From Myxococcales bacterium (GTDB lineage Bacteria; Myxococcota; Myxococcia; Myxococcales; UBA5297): a DNA stretch of 64,000 nt. The notes under the pieces are model-generated. The model searched no databases, was not told the DNA's origin, and saw only the letters and a program-made list of their open reading frames with translations. The position numbers were made by a program, and so were the translations under genes. Below are positions 8,028 to 15,551 of this stretch, piece after piece. The DNA lies in the NCBI GenBank assembly GCA_031262165.1, contig JAISIF010000071.1, forward strand, positions 78-64,077, written 5' to 3'. Position 1 is the stretch's first letter, and each line of letters starts with the position of its first letter.

Positions 8028-10754
8028 ATGTCCGAAGACCTTCAGGAAAACCTCACACCAGCCCCGGCCTCCTCGGCTCCCTCGCTTCCAAAGACTCGCC
8101 TCGTCCTGCACGAGAAGCCGGGCGGCTTCTTCCGAAAGCTCCTGACGCTGCTGTGCCTGGGCTGCGCGCTCGGCGTGGTCGTGGGCGTCGGCGTGGTCGT
8201 CTGGGCCTACCAGACGTATTCGCCGGGATTGCCGGAGTTACCCTCGGTGGACGACTACCGGCCGCCCATCCTCTCGGAGCTCTGGAGTGCCGACGCCGCG
8301 CTGTGCGGTGAGTTCTACGACGAGCGGCGCCGCGTCGTGCCCTACGAGCGCATCCCCAAGAAGCTCATCCAGGCGTTCGTCGCGGCAGAGGATCAGCGCT
8401 TCTTCGATCACCCGGGCTTCGACCTGAAGGGCACGCTCCGCGCGGCCTACAAGACCTACGTCGTCCGCGAGCGCATCCAGGGCGGCTCCACGCTGTCGCA
8501 ACAGGCGGCCAAGGCCGTCCTCGTCTCGGTCGAACTCAGCAAGATCACCGACATGGACGTGCGCGCCGAAGTCGTTCGGATGCTCGGCGAAGAGAGGATG
8601 GCGGATCAGGACGCGGTCCGCGCCGCAGCGCTCAAGGCCCACGCCAAACTGCGCGCCGCGGCCCACGCGCGCGCCACCGAGAAGACCGTCCGCCGCAAGA
8701 TTCGCGAGCTCATCCTGGCCCTGCGCCTGGAACGGGCGCTCACGAAGGAGCAGATCCTCTACCTGTATCTGAACAACATCTACCTGGGGCACCACGCCTA
8801 TGGCGTGCAGGCCGCGGCCGAGAACTACTTCCGCAAGGACGTGGAGGAGCTGACGCTGGCCGAGAGCGCGCTGCTCGCGGTGCTGCCCAAGGCGCCGAGC
8901 GCTACCTCGCCGTTCCGCTACCCCAAGAAGGCGCGCGAGCGGCGCACCTACGTGCTGGGCCGGATGCTGGCCGAGGGCATGATCTCGCAGGCCGAGCGCG
9001 ACGCGGCCAACGCCGAGGAGATCCGCGTCTTCCCTGTCGAGGACGTCTTCCGCCTCAAGTCGCCCTTCTTCTCCGAGCAGATCCGGCGCGACGTCGTGAA
9101 CCGCTACGGCAACGAGCGGCTGCTCAAGGACGGTCTGAAGATCACGATGACGATGAACGCCGAGCGCCAGTTCTCGGCACAGCAGGCCATGCTCGAAGGC
9201 CTGATCCGCGTGGACAAGCGCCAGGGCTTCCCCGGGCCGCTCGCCCACCTGGCCACGCCCAAGGAGCGCGAAGGCTTCAGCAAGGACATCGCGCGGCGCC
9301 TCGGCGATGAAAAGCTGACGCCGGGCCACTACTACGTCGGCTTCGTCGAGAGGATCGACGCGGCTCGTCAAATCGCGACGATCGACGTGGGTGGCCAAAA
9401 GGCCCTGCTCCCGCTCCTCGCCATGCGCTGGGCGCGCGAGCCCAACCCAGAGAAGCGCCACCCGAACGCGCTCATCGACGCGATCTCCAAGGCCCTCAAA
9501 GAGGGTGACGCGATCATCGTCCGGGCGCGCTCTCGCGACGATTTCACGAAGGAGTTCGTCAGCAGCGAGCTCGAGAAAAAGACGTTCAGGAAGCTCCCGC
9601 TGGACGCAGTGCTCGTCTCGCTGGAGCAGGCGCCGACACTCCAGGGCGCGCTCATGTCGGTCGATCCCAAGACGAGCTACGTCGAAGCCATGATCGGCGG
9701 CTACGACTTCGACGCCTCGGAGTTCAACCGCGCGTTCCAGGCCTGCCGCCAACCCGGCAGCGCGTTCAAGCCGCTCGTCTATTCGGCGGCGCTCGAGCTG
9801 CTCGAATGGCAGGTGAACCAGGTGCTCGTGGACGCGCCCGTCGTGTTCGACGACCCCTCGACCTCGCTGCGCTGGAAGCCAGAGAACTTCGGCTCCGAGT
9901 TCCAGGGCGACGTGCTGCTCGTGCAGGCGCTCAAGATGTCGATGAACATCCCGGCCGTGAAGACGCTGCACGCCGTCGGGCTCGAGTCGGCCGTCGAGTG
10001 GGTGCGCCGCTTGGGCATCACGACGAAGCTCAACGAGGATCTGTCGATGGCTCTCGGTGGCAGCTGCGTGCAGCTCCACGAGCTGACGAGCGTCTACGCG
10101 ACGATGAACCGCGGTGGGCTCAAGTTCACACCCAAGTTCCTGCGCAAGGTCGAGGATAGATTTGGTCGCACGCTCGAAGATCACACGGACGTGGCCGACG
10201 ACTTCGCGCGGTTCGAGGATCGGGTCGCGGCAGGCTTTGCCCAGATGTTCGACGAGCCCGAGCGCGTGATGAGCCGTGAGACGGCCTTCCTCATCGACTG
10301 GCTCATGCGCGAGGTGGTGCGCTCAGGAACGGGCGGCCCAGCGGGCGCGCTGCGCAAGCCCGCGGCGGGAAAGACCGGCACGACGAACGACTCGTTCGAT
10401 ACCTGGTTCATGGGCTTCACCGAAGACCTCGTGACCGGCGTGTGGATGGGCTACGACCGCTACGATCACCCGCTCGGCAGATACGAGACGGGCGGTCGCG
10501 CGAGCCTGCCGATCTGGGTCGATTACATGAAGCGCGCGCTGAACACGCGGCCCCAGGCCGAATTCGACCTGCCCAAGCCCGGCGTGCGCATCGTGATGAA
10601 GAACATCGACCCCGCCACGGGCAAGCTCGCCGCGCCTGGCGCGCCCAGGGAGAAATCGATCAGGCTGCCCTTCGTCGAAGGCAAAGAGCCCGTGGAAGAG
10701 GCGCTCGGAGAAGGCCTGGCCGATCCTCGGGAGATGATGTGGATGGCGCCGTAG
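8028..10754 (+). CDS. mrcA: Class A penicillin-binding protein (PBP1A family: GT51 glycosyltransferase plus transpeptidase)
   Basis: There is an N-terminal TM helix. GT51 motifs are present (AFVAAEDQRFFDHPGFD, GGSTLSQQ, RKIRELILALRLE), as are the transpeptidase motifs SAFKP (SxxK) and KTGTTND. Confidence 0.93.
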   Translation: MSEDLQENLTPAPASSAPSLPKTRLVLHEKPGGFFRKLLTLLCLGCALGVVVGVGVVVWAYQTYSPGLPELPSVDDYRPPILSELWSADAALCGEFYDERRRVVPYERIPKKLIQAFVAAEDQRFFDHPGFDLKGTLRAAYKTYVVRERIQGGSTLSQQAAKAVLVSVELSKITDMDVRAEVVRMLGEERMADQDAVRAAALKAHAKLRAAAHARATEKTVRRKIRELILALRLERALTKEQILYLYLNNIYLGHHAYGVQAAAENYFRKDVEELTLAESALLAVLPKAPSATSPFRYPKKARERRTYVLGRMLAEGMISQAERDAANAEEIRVFPVEDVFRLKSPFFSEQIRRDVVNRYGNERLLKDGLKITMTMNAERQFSAQQAMLEGLIRVDKRQGFPGPLAHLATPKEREGFSKDIARRLGDEKLTPGHYYVGFVERIDAARQIATIDVGGQKALLPLLAMRWAREPNPEKRHPNALIDAISKALKEGDAIIVRARSRDDFTKEFVSSELEKKTFRKLPLDAVLVSLEQAPTLQGALMSVDPKTSYVEAMIGGYDFDASEFNRAFQACRQPGSAFKPLVYSAALELLEWQVNQVLVDAPVVFDDPSTSLRWKPENFGSEFQGDVLLVQALKMSMNIPAVKTLHAVGLESAVEWVRRLGITTKLNEDLSMALGGSCVQLHELTSVYATMNRGGLKFTPKFLRKVEDRFGRTLEDHTDVADDFARFEDRVAAGFAQMFDEPERVMSRETAFLIDWLMREVVRSGTGGPAGALRKPAAGKTGTTNDSFDTWFMGFTEDLVTGVWMGYDRYDHPLGRYETGGRASLPIWVDYMKRALNTRPQAEFDLPKPGVRIVMKNIDPATGKLAAPGAPREKSIRLPFVEGKEPVEEALGEGLADPREMMWMAP

Positions 10755-10956
10755 AGCGGTCGAGCTTTGGCGATTGCCGTCAGACAGCGCTGCGCGTTTG
10801 ACGCACCACGCACGCTACGTCTTGCGCTGCGTCGCTCGACACAAACACGACGGGCGTTCGTTCCGCGCAACGCCCCTCCGAGACCGCTGAAGAATGGAAC
10901 TCGCTCGCCCTAGGGCGAGGTGGTGTTTGTTTTTGTGAAAGGACGAAAGAAGGCCG

Positions 10957-12822
10957 ATGCCCTCCACTCACCCTCTGAACCTCGCCGCCGTTGCCCTGCG
11001 CACCACGCCCCTCGACTGGACGGGCAACCTCCACAATGCCCGCCTCGCGCTGACCCAGGCGCGGGACGCGGGTGCGCGCGTCGTCTGCCTGCCCGAGCTC
11101 GCCCTGAGCGGCGCTGGCTGTGAGGACGTCTTTTTTTCACCCTTCGTCGCTGACGCCGCGCTCGCCGCGCTCCGCGAGCTCTTGCCCGACACCTCGGGTC
11201 TGACCGTCGCCATTGGCTTGCCGCTCAGCGTCCAAGGCCAGCTCTTCGACGCGGCAGCCCTCATCCACGATGGCTCGCTCCTGGGCTTTGCGGCCAAACA
11301 GGCGCTCTCCCGCGATCGGCTCTGCTACGAGGCGCGCTGGTTCACGCCGTGGACGCCCCATTCGCCCTGTTCCATCGAGATCGATGGCGTCGTGTTGCCG
11401 CTGGGCGATCCAACTTTCGAGGTGGATGGCTTGAAGCTCGCGCTTCGCGTGGGCTGCGATGACCTTTTCGAGATTCCTGTCCCGAACGGCATCGACCTCG
11501 TCCTGAACGTCAATGCGCGCGCCTTTTCGTTTGGCGAACAGGCCCGGTTCGAGGCGCTGCTCTGCGCGCGGACAGAGGCGCGCCCTGTTGCCATCGCCTC
11601 CTCGAACCTCCTGGGCAACGAGGCCGGGACCTCGATCCACGCCGGTGGCGCGCTCGTCGTTCACGGCGGCCAGGTGCTCGCCCGCTCGCCACGCTTCTCG
11701 TTTTTGCCCACGGCGCTCGCGCTTGCCGAGACATCCCAATCGATGGCGTGCCTCCCCGATCCTTTTGCCTCCAAGGAAGAGGAATTCCCGCGCGCCGTCG
11801 CGCTCGGCCTGTTCGACTACCTGCGCAAGAGCCGTCTGCGAGGCTTCGTGCTGTCGTTGAGCGGCGGCGCTGACTCGGCCTCCATCGCCGTGCTCGTGAT
11901 GCTGATGGCGCGCTTCGCCATCGAGGAGCTCGGCAGCGTGGGCTTCACCAAGGCGCTCGGGCTGCCGCGTGTCGATGACGACGTGGATCTCGACACCGCG
12001 CTCCGCGAGGTCATGCCGTGCCTGCTGACCACGGCTTACCAGGCCACGCGCAACAGCTCGCAGATCACGCGTGCGGCAGCGAGCGCCGTTGCCAGCGCCG
12101 TGGGCAGCCGCCACCTCGAACTCGACATCGAGCCCATGGTCGCGAGCTATCGCGCCGCGATCGAAGGCGCGCTCGGACGATCCTTCGACTGGCAGCGCGA
12201 CGATCTCACGCTCCAAAACATCCAAGCCCGCACCCGCGTGCCAGGTATCTGGATGATCGCCAACGCGCAGAACGCCCTGCTCCTGACGACGAGCAACCGA
12301 TCCGAAGCGGCCGTGGGCTACGCCACGATGGACGGCGACACGTGCGGCGGCCTCGCGCCCATCGTCGGCATCGACAAGGCGTGGCTGCGCCACTGGCTCG
12401 TGTGGCTGGAGAAGGGCGGCCCAGCGGGCGTGCGCCCCATCCCAGAGCTGGCGCTCATCAATGTCCAGGCACCCACGGCAGAGCTCAGGCCCACGGAGGC
12501 GAGCCAGACGGACGAGCGCGATTTGATGCCCTATCTCGTGCTCGACGAGATCGAGCGCCTCGCCATCCACGCGCACCGCTCACCCGTGGAATCGTTCGAG
12601 GCTCTGCGCCGCGCGCATCCAGATCTCGCCCCGGCCCAACTCGCCCTCTGGGTGACGCGCTTTTTCCGAATGTTCGCGTGCAGCCAATGGAAGCGCGAGC
12701 GCGGCGCGCCCGGCTTCCACTTGGACGACGCCAACCTCTCACCGCGCTCGTGGTGCCGCTTTCCCATTTTGAACGGCGGATTCGAGCGCGAGCTGGCAGA
12801 GCTCGAGCGCCGAATCGATTGA
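10957..12822 (+). CDS. nadE: Glutamine-dependent NAD+ synthetase
   Basis: The N-terminal part is a CN-hydrolase/nitrilase-type domain. The C-terminal part is an NAD synthase domain with the PP-loop SLSGGADS (FVLSLSGGADSASIAVL). Confidence 0.9.
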   Translation: MPSTHPLNLAAVALRTTPLDWTGNLHNARLALTQARDAGARVVCLPELALSGAGCEDVFFSPFVADAALAALRELLPDTSGLTVAIGLPLSVQGQLFDAAALIHDGSLLGFAAKQALSRDRLCYEARWFTPWTPHSPCSIEIDGVVLPLGDPTFEVDGLKLALRVGCDDLFEIPVPNGIDLVLNVNARAFSFGEQARFEALLCARTEARPVAIASSNLLGNEAGTSIHAGGALVVHGGQVLARSPRFSFLPTALALAETSQSMACLPDPFASKEEEFPRAVALGLFDYLRKSRLRGFVLSLSGGADSASIAVLVMLMARFAIEELGSVGFTKALGLPRVDDDVDLDTALREVMPCLLTTAYQATRNSSQITRAAASAVASAVGSRHLELDIEPMVASYRAAIEGALGRSFDWQRDDLTLQNIQARTRVPGIWMIANAQNALLLTTSNRSEAAVGYATMDGDTCGGLAPIVGIDKAWLRHWLVWLEKGGPAGVRPIPELALINVQAPTAELRPTEASQTDERDLMPYLVLDEIERLAIHAHRSPVESFEALRRAHPDLAPAQLALWVTRFFRMFACSQWKRERGAPGFHLDDANLSPRSWCRFPILNGGFERELAELERRID

Positions 12823-12824
12823 TT

Positions 12825-13117
12825 CAATGACGTTCAGGCGCATTCCGCGTCATCAGGAAGACGACAAACTTCCTTTCGAATGCGCCGTCATTGCGATCGA
12901 AGCAAAGAAATCCAGTTTGTTTATCGAGACTGATCGTCAATGGCGTGCCGCGTCGCTTTTGCGCCTCGTCATGACGACGCGCCTACCGAGAATGTATCGA
13001 TCCGCCATTGCGATCGAAACGAAGCATTCCATGTCTGCCGGTCATCGTCGCAAAGACAAATACTAATTACCAATACCAATGGATTGCCTCGTCGCTTTGC
13101 TCCTCGCAATGACGAGG
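12825..13117. repeat. Cluster of family-B short foldback repeats in alternating orientation
   Basis: Motif copies: ccgtcattgcgatcgaagcaaagaaatcc (12885-12913, +); caatggcgtgccgcgtcgcttttgcgcctcgtcatgacg (12938-12976, -); ccgccattgcgatcgaaacgaagcattcc (13002-13030, +); ccaatggattgcctcgtcgctttgctcctcgcaatgacgagg (13077-13117, -). A shorter relative lies at 12825-12853. Confidence 0.6.
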
Positions 13118-13209
13118 CTCTCCCCCATTTTTTCTGATTTTCTCGACTGGCCGATGCCGCGTTCGATTTTTATTTTCTGAAAACATTTTCTTACACAATC
13201 AATCACATC

Positions 13210-13635
13210 ATGAAATCCCGCAAAGACAGCCGCGCGCCTCCGAGCTCGCCATCGAATCGATGGGACATCCTCATCGTCGATGACGACGAGGAATTCAGAA
13301 GCCATCTGTCGGAGCTCTTGCAGGTTGCGGGTTATTCGGTCCGGCAGGCGGCCGATGGCATCGCGGGATTGGAGGAGATCGAGCGGGAGATGCCCTCGCT
13401 CGTGCTGCTCGTCCTGAATGTCTCCGGGCTCAATGGATTCAATCTGTTGAAGGCGCTCCGGGCGCGCCCTTTGAGCGCGCAAGTGCCTGTGGCCGTCATT
13501 TCAAAATTTGGCTTCGCTTGGGAGGCATCGCTCGTCGAGGCGGACGGCTGTATCGACAAGCCGCTGCGCCCAGAGAACGCGCTGCACGTCGTCGATGCGC
13601 TGTTGAATCAAAAGAAGAGGCGTTTCCTCCATTGA
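13210..13635 (+). CDS. Single-domain response-regulator receiver protein lacking the phospho-acceptor Asp (pseudo-receiver)
   Basis: The receiver fold is recognisable: ILIVDDDEEF (acidic pocket), VAVISKFG (Thr/Ser position) and CIDKP (Lys). At the CheY D57 position the sequence reads SLVLLVLNVSGLNG, where DxxMPxMDG is expected, so Val replaces Asp. Confidence 0.8.
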   Translation: MKSRKDSRAPPSSPSNRWDILIVDDDEEFRSHLSELLQVAGYSVRQAADGIAGLEEIEREMPSLVLLVLNVSGLNGFNLLKALRARPLSAQVPVAVISKFGFAWEASLVEADGCIDKPLRPENALHVVDALLNQKKRRFLH

Positions 13636-13638
13636 GAA

Positions 13639-15408
13639 TCATTCGATCACCGACGCGGCGAAGGGCCGCGGCGCATAGCGCTCCTTGAGGAAGCGCAAGG
13701 TCTTCTCGTCTCGCTCGAAGGCGCGCGGCTGGCTCGGACGGATCGTGGCCTGAACGATGGTGAGGGCGAGGAGCACGACGAGCGCGACGTTGAGCGATCG
13801 GGCGCGCGCCTTGGGCGCGCTGGGCAGCAAGCTCCAGGCGGTCAGGCCAAGGGCGAGGCAGATGGCGAGCAAGCCGGGCAGCGCGGCCCAGGGGTTGGGC
13901 ACGCCGAGCAGCGAGAGCGGCGAGTGGGGCAGATAGCCCTCGAAGAGGAGCGGCCAGGCGACCTGATGCAGGGCGTTCGTCAGCGAATCGGGGATGTAGT
14001 TGAGCAGGGTCATGACGCCCGTGGAGAGCATCGAGAGCGCGACGAGCCCGACGCAGATGCCGGTCAGCCAGGGGCGCTCCCGCCAGGTCCAGAGCGTCAC
14101 GCCAATGGGGAGCAGGAGAAATGGGACGAGCGGCGTCAGGTGGCGCGGCCCGGTCGTCCAGCCCCACGAGTCGTAGGTGAAGCTGCTCGTGAAGTAGGCG
14201 TAGGCGAGCAGGAGCGCGAGGCTCAGCCAGAGCTCGGGGCCCAGGGCGGCACGGCGCGCCTTGGTGGCGAGGCCGAGCGCGAGACCGGGCAGGGCGAGGA
14301 GCAGGAACGGCGAGAGCGTGAACAGGCCGCGCAGGGGCGAGAAGAAGGAGAGCGCGAAGGCACGCGCGTCGGGCAGGCGCACGCCGAGGAACCCGCCGAC
14401 GTGCCAGCCCTGGTAGGCCGCGTCGTTGAGGAACAGGTAGCCGGTGGTGAGCGGGTGGCCGAACGCCTTCCAATGGTAGAGCGCGAGCAGCAGTGCGCTC
14501 GGCAGCACACCGAGGATGCCGAACAGGCAGGTGCGGAGCTTGGGCCATGGGCCCTTGGGCGCCGTGGCCAGGGCGTAGAGCGCGAGAGGGACCAGCGCGA
14601 GCGCGCCCGTGTATTCCGAGGCCACGGTCAGGCCAGCGAAGAGGCCGGCGCACAGGTGCCAACGGTCGGGCGCGTCCGAGCGCGTGGCCCGGCAGAGCGC
14701 GAGGAACGTGGCCAGGCCCAGGACACCGGTCAGCGCGTGGCTCATGAAGAGCGCGGCGTAGCTGAAGGCCAACGTGCCGAGCGCAAACGCCGCTGTCAGG
14801 GCATCGGCGAGGCGATCCGAAGGCGCCTGCTGCGCTGTCGTCGGCGAGATCGACGCCGTCGATAGCGATGGCGATGGCGATGGTGATGGTGATGGCGATG
14901 TCGGTGAGGTCGCCGCGCGCAGGCGCTCGCGCAAAAAGCGGCGCAGCGGGATGAGGATCAGGACGCTCGGCAGGATGGTGCAGAAGAGCCGCGCGAAGAA
15001 GACGAGCAGCGTCTCTGGGACGGGATCGCGCATCGCCCGGAGCGCCGCGTAGATCGGGACGGCCGCCACGGACAGGAGCGGCGCTTTGGACGGGTAGTAG
15101 TGGCGCTCGCCGAAGCGGGCATCACCCCGGACCGAGGGGCAGGCGCGGCGTTCGGCGACGTCACCGTGCTCGTCCCGACGGATGGCCACGCACGAGAGAT
15201 CGCCGACCCAGCCATGCGTGCGCAGGGCGTCGGTGATCTCGAATCGCCCGCTCTCGACGAGGGCCTGGGTCTGGCGCAGGCGGCACAGCTCATTGGGGCT
15301 GCGCAGCGCGGGCAGGTAGGGGAAGAGGAGCACCAGGGCCAGCGCGGGCAGGAGGATGGGCCAGGCTGCCTTCAGCCTGAGTCGGTGCCAGATCGTCGAG
15401 AGTGTCAT
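13639..15408 (-). CDS. Polytopic membrane protein, probably a GT-C-type (ArnT/PMT-like) glycosyltransferase; family uncertain
   Basis: The 589-aa product has more than 10 predicted TM helices. The periplasmic first loop (..NELCRLRQTQALVESGRF..YYPSKAPLLSVAAVPIYAAL) resembles lipid-carrier-dependent glycosyltransferases. It contains an (SP)n loop. Confidence 0.5.
   Translation of the reverse strand: MTLSTIWHRLRLKAAWPILLPALALVLLFPYLPALRSPNELCRLRQTQALVESGRFEITDALRTHGWVGDLSCVAIRRDEHGDVAERRACPSVRGDARFGERHYYPSKAPLLSVAAVPIYAALRAMRDPVPETLLVFFARLFCTILPSVLILIPLRRFLRERLRAATSPTSPSPSPSPSPSLSTASISPTTAQQAPSDRLADALTAAFALGTLAFSYAALFMSHALTGVLGLATFLALCRATRSDAPDRWHLCAGLFAGLTVASEYTGALALVPLALYALATAPKGPWPKLRTCLFGILGVLPSALLLALYHWKAFGHPLTTGYLFLNDAAYQGWHVGGFLGVRLPDARAFALSFFSPLRGLFTLSPFLLLALPGLALGLATKARRAALGPELWLSLALLLAYAYFTSSFTYDSWGWTTGPRHLTPLVPFLLLPIGVTLWTWRERPWLTGICVGLVALSMLSTGVMTLLNYIPDSLTNALHQVAWPLLFEGYLPHSPLSLLGVPNPWAALPGLLAICLALGLTAWSLLPSAPKARARSLNVALVVLLALTIVQATIRPSQPRAFERDEKTLRFLKERYAPRPFAASVIE
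14861..14902. repeat. Hexanucleotide microsatellite (GATGGY)x7 inside the membrane-protein CDS
   Basis: The sequence is gatagcgatggcgatggcgatggtgatggtgatggcgatgtc. On the minus strand it encodes TSPTSPSPSPSPSPSLS. Confidence 0.9.
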
Positions 15409-15551
15409 GGCGTGTGTGGAGAGAGCGGGCGCGTGGGGTCGAGCGCCGTCACCACGCGCGCTCGCCGCGACGAATCCACATCGAGTCGAGCGACGGGCGG
15501 CGACATCTGGACATCTGACTCAGGGGCTCAGGCTCAGATTCAGACTCAGAC

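Noticed and set aside
7775-8029. Small ORFs translating across family-A repeats (also 27897..28103, 56655..57062, 62347..62550, 57502..58083)
   Set aside because: All give the same repeat-derived pseudo-peptide (..[17 protein letters not shown].. or its complement ..[13 protein letters not shown]..). Their orientation relative to neighbouring genes varies and indels break the frame between copies, so this is repeat DNA and not a gene family.
8238-10184. 648-aa minus-strand ORF antisense to the PBP1A gene
   Set aside because: It is a shadow ORF. Its Arg/Leu/Glu/Ala-dominated, low-complexity translation carries no motifs, while the plus-strand frame carries complete GT51 and transpeptidase motifs. 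The same reasoning applies to 13496..14662(-), 22632..24290(-), 41703..43283(-), 43932..45374(-), 45302..46705(-), 46810..47787(-), 61217..62302(+) and the many shorter overlapping ORFs.
12827-13066. 79-aa ORF in the AT-rich island after nadE
   Set aside because: It is composed of translated family-B repeat copies (CAVIAIEAKKSS / SAIAIETKHS). It has atypical codon usage and no RBS.
12825-13117. Possible CRISPR array (regularly spaced short repeats)
   Set aside because: The repeats alternate in orientation, are only ~60-75% identical, and have irregular spacing. There are no cas genes in the window. The pattern fits foldback/REP-like elements instead.
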